From a virus (taxonomy: Duplodnaviria > Caudoviricetes), in the IMG/VR virus record IMGVR_UViG_3300032321_000847, positions 1 to 31,957 of that record: 31,957 bases of DNA. One strand, written 5' to 3'. Below are positions 1-7,198 of the stretch, in pieces (positions within the stretch are counted from its first letter, which is position 1; each line of letters opens with the position of its first letter). The translations under genes were made by a program, and so were the position numbers. Under the pieces are notes generated by a model. That model worked only from the letters and a program-made list of their open reading frames with translations, had not been told where the DNA came from and ran no database searches.

Positions 1-137
1 CGCTTGCCGCCGAGCGCGCCGTCTGCGGTGTACCAGGCGTACCCGCTGCGCGACTTGCGCGTGTACTCCTGCGCCCTGACGGGGCACGAGAACTGACCGA
101 CCACGTGGCCGGCCTTGCTGCGAACGATGTAGACCAT
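1..137 (-). CDS. Hypothetical protein, runs off the left edge (MVYIVRSKAGHVVGQFSCPVRAQEYTRK...)
   Basis: ATG at 137 preceded by a strong SD (AGGAGGTGA on - strand); open to the window edge; lies downstream of the cro-like gene. Confidence 0.7.
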   Translation of the reverse strand, partial: MVYIVRSKAGHVVGQFSCPVRAQEYTRKSRSGYAWYTADGALGGK

Positions 138-200
138 GTGTCACCTCCTGCGGCGTGGCCGCACTGGACGCGTGCAACGTGCACGCGGTATTTCGCGTGT

Positions 201-437
201 TCAGTCGTTGCGAGGCGTCGCGCCCGGGCTCACGGTTGAGGCGTGGGTCCAGTCCTTCAGGCGCACGGCTCGGCGCGTGACGCGCTCGAGGAGCATCGCC
301 ATCGCGATGCCGGGGCATTTCTTGCCCCTCTCCCAGTTGCACCAGGACGCCTGAGAGACCCCCGCCGCCTCCGCGGCCTCGCACTGGGTCAGCCCCTTCG
401 CCAGGCGCCATGTCAACAGCTTCGATGCCGCGGTCAT
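201..437 (-). CDS. Cro-like XRE helix-turn-helix regulator
   Basis: WRLAKGLTQCEAAEAAGVSQASWCNWERGKKCP is a typical XRE HTH; divergent from the repressor gene. There is no SD, and TAACAT lies 5 nt before the ATG, suggesting a leaderless mRNA. Confidence 0.88.
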   Translation of the reverse strand: MTAASKLLTWRLAKGLTQCEAAEAAGVSQASWCNWERGKKCPGIAMAMLLERVTRRAVRLKDWTHASTVSPGATPRND

Positions 438-446
438 GCGACATGT

Positions 447-498
447 TATGCCTCGGGTGATAGCATCCCGCAAGGGCAAACCTAGAACCCGGGTGATA
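447..498. promoter_or_regulatory. Operator pair between cro and repressor (OR-like): TATGCCTCGGGTGATA 447-462 and TAGAACCCGGGTGATA 483-498
   Basis: Both fit the imperfect palindrome TATCAC-N4-GTGATA shared with the sites at 1119-1134 and 1153-1168. Confidence 0.8.
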
Positions 499-501
499 CC
501 A

Positions 502-822
502 ATGGGTTCTAGGCTCGATGATGTGGCGAGGAAGAACGCACCCGAGGTTCCGCCCGAGATGGCGGAGGCGTTCCGGCGTCAGCTCCGCGCGTACCTGGAC
601 CGCGAATGCGACGGCAACCAGTCAGAGGGCGCGCGCAAGACGGGCCTGCGGCAATCGCACATCAGCCAGCTCTTGAGCGGCACGCGCACAATTGGACTCG
701 CCGGGCTCCTCGTCCTTCGCGAGCGCACCGGGCGCAGCATCGACGAGTGGCTTGGTCTGCACCAAGACATGGACGCCGTGCGCGCGATTGTGCGCGATGA
801 GCTAGCAAAGCGGGCCCCGTGA
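502..822 (+). CDS. CI-like phage repressor (XRE HTH, no S24 peptidase domain)
   Basis: GNQSEGARKTGLRQSHISQLLSGTRTIG...SIDEWLG HTH; divergent from cro and co-directional with the recombination/int operon. Start codon uncertain (ATG 502 or GTG 523). Confidence 0.8.
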   Translation: MGSRLDDVARKNAPEVPPEMAEAFRRQLRAYLDRECDGNQSEGARKTGLRQSHISQLLSGTRTIGLAGLLVLRERTGRSIDEWLGLHQDMDAVRAIVRDELAKRAP

Positions 823-854
823 ACTGGCGGCGCCCCTGGTACGAGTACGTGTTG

Positions 855-1043
855 TTAGCTGTCGCCCTTTGGATGCTGCGCGACCTCGCCGTGACGCTCG
901 CGAAGGAAGCGATCTACATCGCGACCGGGCGCCTCTACCCGTAGCTGGCGCTCCCACGCGAGGCGCAGAGGGTCAGTAGCGGGCAGAGCGAGGACGAGCG
1001 CGGCGAGGAGCCTGGCGCAGTTCGGGCATGCGGTGTCTGGCAT
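855..1043 (-). CDS. Small hypothetical protein (MPDTACPNCARLLAALVLALP...), convergent with the repressor
   Basis: AGGAG SD before ATG 1043, CATAAT -10-like hexamer upstream, and a CxxC motif. Confidence 0.55.
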   Translation of the reverse strand: MPDTACPNCARLLAALVLALPATDPLRLAWERQLRVEAPGRDVDRFLRERHGEVAQHPKGDS

Positions 1044-1118
1044 CGTTCTCCTGTCGGTTGGGGCGCTCATTATGTTGCGCCCCGTTGCCCCATCTGATGG
1101 GACAGATAGGATCGGGTC

Positions 1119-1170
1119 AATCACTCGCGTGATATTTTCTCTTGACCAAAACTATCACCGGAGGCATAGT
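1119..1170 (+). promoter_or_regulatory. Early PL-like promoter (TTGACC 1142-1147, 17 bp, CATAGT 1165-1170) with operators AATCACTCGCGTGATA 1119-1134 and TATCACCGGAGGCATA 1153-1168
   Basis: Sigma70-type spacing; one operator lies in the spacer and overlaps the -10. SD AGGAGG follows before ATG 1194. Confidence 0.8.
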
Positions 1171-1193
1171 GCTGTCTCAGGAGGCAACGAGAG

Positions 1194-1526
1194 ATGCACG
1201 CAACCTACGGCAGCGAGCGGGAGAGCGAGGAAGTCTGGGCGGAGCTGGTCTGCTCGTGGTGCACGGGCAACGACGCGGACGGCGACCAGCCCTGCTGCGA
1301 GGACTGCGAGCGGCTTGCGGTGCGCGCGGCTCGCACGCGGCGCATCGTCGGCCTCGTCGACGCCATCCAGCGCGCGTGCCGGCTCCAGGCGCAGTACGCG
1401 GCGGAGCGCATCCCCGGTGACCACCGCATCGCGGCGGTCGTCGCCGTGGTCGCGGACTACGACCGGCAGATCCACGAGACGGTGCAGGCGCAGCAGGTCG
1501 ACGACGGCCTCGAGGTGGCCTCGTGA
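1194..1526 (+). CDS. Hypothetical early protein with Cys pairs (possible Zn binding)
   Basis: SD AGGAGG; CSWC and CCEDC motifs; GTGA overlap with the next gene. Confidence 0.75.
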   Translation: MHATYGSERESEEVWAELVCSWCTGNDADGDQPCCEDCERLAVRAARTRRIVGLVDAIQRACRLQAQYAAERIPGDHRIAAVVAVVADYDRQIHETVQAQQVDDGLEVAS

Positions 1527-1696
1527 AGCGCTGTCAGACGAATGCGGAGGCGCCGGAGTGTCGGGACTACGTGCCCTGCGGCCGGCCCGCGCCGCACCTG
1601 GCGCGCGACGAGCGGCGTGACACCGAGTGGTGGTGCTGCGACGAGCACGCCCGCGAGCACAAGGTCGAGGGGTACGACGTGGAGCGTGACGCGTGA
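1523..1696 (+). CDS. Small Cys/His-rich hypothetical protein (57 aa, KRCQTN...WWCCDEHAREH)
   Basis: Read from the sequence (not in the ORF track). GTGA overlaps at both ends; GAGG SD upstream. Confidence 0.65.
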   Translation: MKRCQTNAEAPECRDYVPCGRPAPHLARDERRDTEWWCCDEHAREHKVEGYDVERDA

Positions 1697-1782
1697 GGTG
1701 CTTCTGGGGCTGGGTGTGGACCGGCGCGGAGGTCGCGCGTGGGCTGGAGTGGTGGGGCGGCGAGTGCAAGAGGAGGGCGTGA
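1693..1782 (+). CDS. 29-aa Trp/Gly-rich peptide
   Basis: Exactly fills the gap: GTGA overlap upstream, TGATG overlap with the ERF gene, GGAG SD. Confidence 0.45.
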   Translation: MRCFWGWVWTGAEVARGLEWWGGECKRRA

Positions 1783-2414
1783 TGACGACGAAGCATGTCT
1801 ACGAGGCGATCACGCAGGTAACCGCCGCGATGTCCAAAGAGGGCATCAGCAAGAGCCGCAACAACGCCGGCCAGAACTACAAGTTCCGCGGCATCGACGA
1901 CGTCTACAACGCGCTCGCGAGCGTCATCAGCGGCGCCAAGCTCTGCATGCTGCCGCGCGTCGTGGCGCGCGACGTGACCGAGAAACCGACCAAGAGCGGC
2001 GGCGTGTCCACGTACGTGGTCGTCACGGTGGAGTTTGACCTCGTGTCCGCGGTCGACGGGTCGGCGCACACGATCCGCACGGCCGGCGAGGCGATGGACA
2101 CAGCCGACAAGGCGACCAACAAGGCGATGTCCGCCGCCATGAAGTACGCGTGCCTGATGGCGTTCCAGATCCCGACCGAGGGCGACAACGACGCAGACGG
2201 CTCGCACCACGAGAAGGCCCCGCGCAAGGCGGCGCCGCTCCCGCCCGCGAACCTCGACGCCATCATGGGCGACATCAACGAGGCCACCGCCATGAAGGCG
2301 CTCATGTCCATCCACGCCGAGGTGCAGGGCCTCCAGATGAGCGACTCGGACCGCTCGCTGGTGCGCGCGGCGCTGTCGGCCAAGCGGGCGAAGCTCGAAG
2401 GGAAGGCGGCGTGA
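1782..2414 (+). CDS. erf: ERF-family single-strand annealing recombinase
   Basis: NYKFRGIDDVYNAL and GEAMDTADKATNKAMSAAMKYA...FQIPTEGDNDAD signatures; SD AGGAGG before ATG 1782. Confidence 0.9.
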   Translation: MTTKHVYEAITQVTAAMSKEGISKSRNNAGQNYKFRGIDDVYNALASVISGAKLCMLPRVVARDVTEKPTKSGGVSTYVVVTVEFDLVSAVDGSAHTIRTAGEAMDTADKATNKAMSAAMKYACLMAFQIPTEGDNDADGSHHEKAPRKAAPLPPANLDAIMGDINEATAMKALMSIHAEVQGLQMSDSDRSLVRAALSAKRAKLEGKAA

Positions 2415-3157
2415 GGCACGCGAGCCGCAAGGTGCTTTACGGCGACATTTCCGCGTCAAAGGGCGCGCTGCTCGCCGTGTGCCCGTTCGCGTTTCGCGAG
2501 GACAGCCCCTGGGTCGAGTCGAAGGGAGAAGCCGCGGAGAAGGGCGACATGTTCCACGACGCCGCTGCCGCGCTCGTGGACGACACGATCCCGAAGGGAC
2601 CGATCAAGAACACGGTCTGGCTGACGCGACGGCTCGTTGCGGCGCGGAAGTGGATCGACGCCAACTACGTGCGCGGCTGGCGCGCCGAGGAGGCTTACGC
2701 GTACGACCCTGAGACGGGGACGAGCACGCTCCTCGGGCACAACATCAAGCGCGCTTACGAGGCTCACGGGCGCAAGCCGCACGAACTCGCCGGCTCGGCG
2801 GACATCGTCATCCCGCCCGCGCTAGGTACGCCGGTCGTGGTGGCCGACTGGAAGACGGGCCGCTTCGTGACTGACTCGGTTTGGGAGCAGATGGGCTGGC
2901 TCTGCCTGTTCGCGGCACGCCACTACAACGTGACCGAGGCCGTCGCCTACGTGCTGCACGTGACCGAGGACGGCGTGACGCAGACCGCGCGCGAGTTCCG
3001 CCGCGACGACCTCAACCGAATCGAGGACGACCTCCGCGCGCAGCTCCGCGCCATCCCCGATGCGTGGCCCACCGATGGCGTCCACTGCGACGCGCTCTAC
3101 TGCCCGGCCCGCGCTGGGTGCGACCTGTACCAACTCCGCAAAGGAACCGCAGCATGA
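2411..3157 (+). CDS. PD-(D/E)XK exonuclease, Cas4/AddB-like with a 1+3 Cys Fe-S motif
   Basis: ISAS...CP, GSADIV, VADWKTG and C-terminal HCDALYCPARAGC; coupled to erf by GTGA. Confidence 0.85.
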   Translation: MRHASRKVLYGDISASKGALLAVCPFAFREDSPWVESKGEAAEKGDMFHDAAAALVDDTIPKGPIKNTVWLTRRLVAARKWIDANYVRGWRAEEAYAYDPETGTSTLLGHNIKRAYEAHGRKPHELAGSADIVIPPALGTPVVVADWKTGRFVTDSVWEQMGWLCLFAARHYNVTEAVAYVLHVTEDGVTQTAREFRRDDLNRIEDDLRAQLRAIPDAWPTDGVHCDALYCPARAGCDLYQLRKGTAA

Positions 3158-3549
3158 CCCTGGAAGAACGCGTCAAAGCCCTTGAGCTCGCCGTCGAGGC
3201 GCTCAAGCCCGTCAACGTCGACCTCGCCTCCGAGTACGACAACCCGGTGGTGCGCAAGGACCCGCGCCAGTGGCTCGAGCGCGGCGGCGCCAGCTACGAG
3301 GGCAGGAAGTTTTCCGAGTGCCCGCCCGACTACCTCGAGGCGCTCGCGGGTCTGTTCGACTGGCAGGCCAAGAAGGACGCCGAGAGCGGCGCCACGTACG
3401 TCAGCAAGAAGACCGGCGAGACGGTGGCGACGGCGCCCTTCAAGCGCAAGGACGCCGCCAGGGCGCGCGCGTGGGCCAAGGCCAACGCGAGCAAGCCGGC
3501 TGCGAAGCGTGACGACTTCGAACCGTTCGGCGACGACGCGCCATTCTGA
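3154..3549 (+). CDS. Hypothetical protein with SSB-like acidic C-terminal tail (DDFEPFGDDAPF)
   Basis: ATGA overlap; follows the recombinase and exonuclease; tail resembles the SSB-Ct DDDIPF. Confidence 0.75.
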   Translation: MTLEERVKALELAVEALKPVNVDLASEYDNPVVRKDPRQWLERGGASYEGRKFSECPPDYLEALAGLFDWQAKKDAESGATYVSKKTGETVATAPFKRKDAARARAWAKANASKPAAKRDDFEPFGDDAPF

Positions 3550-3625
3550 CATGACTCTGGCGACGCCGGCTCGCCTCCGTGGATGAAAGACGCCACGGGC
3601 AGGGGGATGCCTCAGCCGGCAGCTA

Positions 3626-3706
3626 CGCAGGGTAGGCCAACGGAAGAGCCACGGGCAACGCAGGCGCCTGCGACCCGGGATGCTGGTTCGAATCCAGCCC
3701 CTGCGA
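3626..3706 (+). ncRNA. tRNA-like RNA lacking a normal anticodon loop
   Basis: Acceptor CGCAGGG/CCCTGCG+A, U8A9, D-arm GGC-CAACGGAAGA-GCC, perfect T-arm GCTGG-TTCGAAT-CCAGC. The anticodon arm carries an extra hairpin, and there is no CCA. Confidence 0.7.
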
Positions 3707-3717
3707 CCCGAGGAAAC

Positions 3718-4053
3718 ATGACCGACCCCAAGTACCTCACCCCCGAGCAGATCGCCGACGAGCTCGGCGTCTCGCTCCGCACCGTCTACCGGCGCCTGGC
3801 CGAGATGGGCGCGGTGCGCATCGGCACGGCGCTCCGCGTGTCGCGACTCGCTCTCAACCGCTGGATCGAAAGGCAACGCGTGTGGCCCGACTCTTTCGCC
3901 GAGGAGGCATCTGGTACGCCTGGGTCCCCGTCCGAGGAGGCGGCACCCGCAAGGTCTCCACGCAGTGCACGGACAAGCGCGCGGCCGAGAAGCGCGCCGC
4001 CGAACTCGAGCGCGAGGCGGTGGATCCGGCCGCCGGCAAAGCCGCTCGTGTGA
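3718..4053 (+). CDS. xis: Excisionase-like winged HTH protein
   Basis: YLTPEQIADELGVSLRTVYRRL...AVRIGTALRVSRLALNRWIE; SD GAGG; immediately upstream of and overlapping int. Confidence 0.85.
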   Translation: MTDPKYLTPEQIADELGVSLRTVYRRLAEMGAVRIGTALRVSRLALNRWIERQRVWPDSFAEEASGTPGSPSEEAAPARSPRSARTSARPRSAPPNSSARRWIRPPAKPLV

Positions 4054-4940
4054 CCGTGGAGGAGATGGCCAACGAGTACATCGAAAGCCGCGCGCGTCGT
4101 GGCCGTGCGTTGGGCACGATGCACCACTACACGGTGAAGCTGTCCAACGTTGTGGCGCTCATGCCGGCGCGCCTGGCCGACGTCGATGCGGTGGCGTGCG
4201 AGCAGTACATCAACATGAGGCGCCGCAAGGTGCAGCAGACCACGATCAAGAAAGAGCTTCGCGCGCTCAAGGCCGTTCTGGTCCACGCGCGGCGACTCGA
4301 CCTGTACGCGAGGGACCCCGATGCCGTCATCCCCGAGCTCGAAGAGACGTACCAGCCTCGGACCCGAGTCCTTTCCCCCCTCGAACTGGTCGCGCTCGTT
4401 CAAGCGCTGCCGAAGGATCGCGCCGCGCACGCGGTGTTTATCGTCGCGACCGGTGCTCGGTGGAACGAGTCCCTGCGCTTCGTCGTGGAGGACATGGACG
4501 AGGGAGGCCATGCTGTTCTCCTGCGCGGTACCAAGACGCGCGCGGCGCATCGTCGAGTGCCAGTTCCCCCCGTACTTCGCGGCGCTCTCTCGTGGGCCGT
4601 ATCCCACCTCGGTCGACCGGTGCGTCCTTGGGCGAACGTACGGCGCGATCTGGCTGCGGCCTGCGCTGGAGTGGCGATGCCACCCGTCACTCCGAACGAC
4701 CTTCGCCGCACCTTCGGCTCCTGGCTCCGAGCCTGGGGAGTGACACCCGACCTCATTGGCGCCGCCATGGGGCACACGACGAGCCGCATGGTGGAGCGAG
4801 TTTACGGGCGCCTGAGTCCCGCCGACCTTGGTGCGCTCATTGAGGCCAGAACCACTGGGCTGCTAATGGGCGGCGAGCCCGCCAAAACCAGCTCAACCGA
4901 GACCACTGGAGACACCGACGATGACCACGAACCCAGCTAG
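3882..4940 (+). CDS. int: Tyrosine integrase
   Basis: N-terminal arm-binding-like beta domain (LFRRGGIWY) and catalytic residues ATGAR, GTKT, NDLRRT (H replaced by N), MGHTT, RVYG. Confidence 0.95.
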   Translation: MARLFRRGGIWYAWVPVRGGGTRKVSTQCTDKRAAEKRAAELEREAVDPAAGKAARVTVEEMANEYIESRARRGRALGTMHHYTVKLSNVVALMPARLADVDAVACEQYINMRRRKVQQTTIKKELRALKAVLVHARRLDLYARDPDAVIPELEETYQPRTRVLSPLELVALVQALPKDRAAHAVFIVATGARWNESLRFVVEDMDEGGHAVLLRGTKTRAAHRRVPVPPVLRGALSWAVSHLGRPVRPWANVRRDLAAACAGVAMPPVTPNDLRRTFGSWLRAWGVTPDLIGAAMGHTTSRMVERVYGRLSPADLGALIEARTTGLLMGGEPAKTSSTETTGDTDDDHEPS

Positions 4941-5060
4941 AATCTCGTGCCCGGGGACGGAATCGAACCGCCGACACGGGGATTTTCAATCCGGTGCCGA
5001 GGCCCAGGATTGCCGAGAGAAGTGCCATGTTTCGCGTAAGGGTGGGCTGTATGTGGGCTG
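4856..5060. repeat. Putative integrase arm-type sites: TGGGCTG/TGGGCGG at 4856 and 4867; TGGGCTG x2 at 5043 and 5054
   Basis: Two tandem pairs, each with 11-bp period, flanking the att core. Confidence 0.7.
4947..4992 (-). other. attP core: 3' half of tRNA-Phe(GAA)
   Basis: Reverse complement GGATTGAAAATCCCCGTGTCGGCGGTTCGATTCCGTCCCCGGGCAC gives anticodon loop, T-arm and 3' acceptor strand. No D-arm or 5' half upstream; begins 6 bp after the int stop. Confidence 0.92.
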
Positions 5061-5100
5061 CTGGCCCGCGAGCGCTGTCGAGGGGTGGCGGTGAGCCGCG

Positions 5101-5379
5101 ATGACCCCCACCGACCCGAAGGCCCTGCAGCTGTACACCGTCACCGTGGAGACCGAGGTTGTCGTCCTCGCGTCCTCGGAGAGCGAGGCCGAGTACGAGG
5201 CGCGATATGCCGTGCGCCACGACGTGGACGACCTCGACGCGTACGCCAAACCGATGCGCTACATGCCCGGCGAGTGGGACCGCGACGCGATCCCGTTCGG
5301 CGAGCGTGACCCCGCCGACCCAAACCGCACCATCGGCGAGTGGATCGACGCTGGCGCAGCCCCGGAGTACCGACGATGA
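5101..5379 (+). CDS. Hypothetical acidic protein
   Basis: GC3-rich codon usage; ATGA overlap with the next gene. Confidence 0.75.
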   Translation: MTPTDPKALQLYTVTVETEVVVLASSESEAEYEARYAVRHDVDDLDAYAKPMRYMPGEWDRDAIPFGERDPADPNRTIGEWIDAGAAPEYRR

Positions 5380-6041
5380 GCACCGACCCGAAGGCCCTGC
5401 GCGAGTGCGACGTACTGGCGCTGCTCGACCGGCTGGAGGCGGGCGAGGACCGCGACGACGCGCGCGGGCAGCTAGACCGGCTGAGCGAGTCGCTGCGGGT
5501 CGAGTACGAGAACGCCGAGGCGTGCGCGCGCCGCGCTGAGCAAGCCGAGCGCGAGCGGGACGAGTGGCACCAGCTCTGCTCCGAGCTGCGCACCCAGGAG
5601 TCCCGCATCATGGGCGCGCTCTGCGACGCGCGTGACTTGCCCACGGCGGACATGGTCGAGGACGTGCGCACGCTCATCCGGCAGAGGGACGAGGCGCGGC
5701 GGATGCAGTCGGAGGCGGACAAGCATCGCGAGCGAGTGGAGCGCGACTACGCCGAGATGCAGGCGCAGCTACGTCGCGAGGTGGACGAGGCGCGGGAGGA
5801 GTGGGGCGCGCTCAACGCGATGGCCACATCGCAGTGGCGCGACGCGTGCGACATGATCGCGCCACTCCGCGCCGTGGCCGAATCGGCTCGCGAGGTCGTC
5901 GCATCGGTCGACGCATCGGGCGAGACGGACTGGGATTGCGAGGCCGCCGTCGACGAGCTGCACATGCGCAGCGAGCGGGCGCAGCACGCGCTACGCAACG
6001 CCATCTCCGCTCTGGACGCCGCGACGAAGGGGGAGACGTGA
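5376..6041 (+). CDS. Coiled-coil phage protein (Ead/Ea22-like architecture)
   Basis: VLALLDRLE followed by long E/R/A heptads; overlaps at both ends. The family call is tentative. Confidence 0.7.
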   Translation: MSTDPKALRECDVLALLDRLEAGEDRDDARGQLDRLSESLRVEYENAEACARRAEQAERERDEWHQLCSELRTQESRIMGALCDARDLPTADMVEDVRTLIRQRDEARRMQSEADKHRERVERDYAEMQAQLRREVDEAREEWGALNAMATSQWRDACDMIAPLRAVAESAREVVASVDASGETDWDCEAAVDELHMRSERAQHALRNAISALDAATKGET

Positions 6042-6310
6042 GCAGCGTCGTCTACCACTGCGACGAACACGGCACGCAGCCGTGTCGGATGTCGTGCCTG
6101 ACGTGCGACATTGCCGACGCGCGCGCGGAACGCGACGTGTGGCGCAACGACGGCGCCGCCATCGCCGCCGGCATCATCGCGCTCGGGGAGTGGGCGGACC
6201 GCAACGGCATCGACAACGAGAACCCAAGGTGCACCACCTGCGGGACGCGAGGCCGGTTCGGGGTGCCGTGCACGGTTTGTCGGGTGTGGTTGCTGCGAGG
6301 CACGCCATGA
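6038..6310 (+). CDS. Cys-rich hypothetical protein (Zn-finger-like)
   Basis: GGGGAG SD, GTGA overlap; CDEH, CLTC, CTTC and CTVC motifs. Confidence 0.7.
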   Translation: MSSVVYHCDEHGTQPCRMSCLTCDIADARAERDVWRNDGAAIAAGIIALGEWADRNGIDNENPRCTTCGTRGRFGVPCTVCRVWLLRGTP

Positions 6311-6777
6311 CCCGCCGCGTGTGGGTGGTGGAGGTCCGATGGCCGAATCACGGATGGGAGCCGTGGGCGGTCGACACGGAGCGCAAGGAGGCGATGGCCT
6401 ACGCGCGCCAGCGACGTCGAGCCACGCCGATGGCGGAACATCGCGTCGTCGAGTACGTGCCGCGCGAGGAGGGGTGGGAGCGGTCTGCGCAGGTCGCGGA
6501 CGAGCGCGCTCGGTACTGGTCCGCATGGAGCGACTGCTCCGGCCAGCGCATCGGTTGCGAGGACGTTGCGCGAGCCCTGCGCGAGCGGGGTGAGCCGGAC
6601 GGGCTGGCGAGCGTCTACGCCGCGCTCGAGACCGCGGAGGCCCGGCTTGCGGAGGCGAGGGAGGTGCTCACCAGGGTGCAGTGGCTCGGCGCGCGAGGGT
6701 GTCCCGACTGCGCGCGGCGGCCGTCTGAGGGCCACGCACCGGAATGCAGGCTCGCGGCGGTTCTTGGCGATTCTTGA
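6307..6777 (+). CDS. Hypothetical protein with C-terminal CPDC...H...C motif
   Basis: GAGG SD and ATGA overlap. Confidence 0.7.
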   Translation: MTRRVWVVEVRWPNHGWEPWAVDTERKEAMAYARQRRRATPMAEHRVVEYVPREEGWERSAQVADERARYWSAWSDCSGQRIGCEDVARALRERGEPDGLASVYAALETAEARLAEAREVLTRVQWLGARGCPDCARRPSEGHAPECRLAAVLGDS

Positions 6778-6819
6778 GGCTGTTTTCTCGATGCGCCGTG
6801 ACAATCGACACGATTGGGC

Positions 6820-6849
6820 TTGCGCGGGATATCCCGCGCACGTATAGAT
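6820..6849 (+). promoter_or_regulatory. Promoter TTGCGC-17-TATAGA containing a perfect 20-bp palindrome TGCGCGGGATATCCCGCGCA (6821-6840)
   Basis: Read directly from the sequence; precedes SD GGAGGA and ATG 6893. Confidence 0.7.
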
Positions 6850-6892
6850 AGTCGTGTCGGGAGCGAGTGACGCTCCTCGGGAGGATAGACAG

Positions 6893-7123
6893 ATGGCAAC
6901 GAGCAAGCTGACCGTGACGAGCGAGGTGATGGATACGCAGTGGTGCGGCGGCGAGACGTTCCGCGCGGTGCGCGTCATCTGGGCAGGCGAGCGGACGCTT
7001 GCTCGGGTGGAGCCAGATGGCACCGTCCTCGTGCTCGATCAAATTGCGAAGTGCTACACGCGCCGTCACCCGATGAGCGCCCGCCAGGTGTCTCGAGTGC
7101 GCGCGCTGGTCTCGGAGTCCTGA
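6893..7123 (+). CDS. Small hypothetical protein (MATSKLTVTSEV...)
   Basis: Strong SD; first gene after the 6820 promoter. Confidence 0.75.
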   Translation: MATSKLTVTSEVMDTQWCGGETFRAVRVIWAGERTLARVEPDGTVLVLDQIAKCYTRRHPMSARQVSRVRALVSES

Positions 7124-7131
7124 CCCTCTGA

Positions 7132-7169
7132 CCCGCGCGACGGGGCCCTACGGGGCCTCGTAGCGTGGG
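7132..7169 (+). other. Long intergenic hairpin with cUACGg tetraloop
   Basis: CCCGCGC-G-ACGGGGCCC-TACG-GGGCCTCGT-A-GCGTGGG; no U-tract follows. Confidence 0.6.
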
Positions 7170-7198
7170 CCAGACGGCCGACGAGAAGAGAGACCATT

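Noticed and set aside
149-187. Two hairpins downstream of cro as a terminator or nut site
   Set aside because: No U-tract on the transcribed strand and no recognisable boxA; short GC stems are expected by chance.
2411-3157. CRISPR-Cas system suggested by the Cas4-like protein
   Set aside because: No repeat-spacer array or other cas genes; the context is a phage recombination module.
4947-4992. Functional tRNA-Phe gene
   Set aside because: Only the 3' half is present and CCA is incomplete; explained as the attP core.
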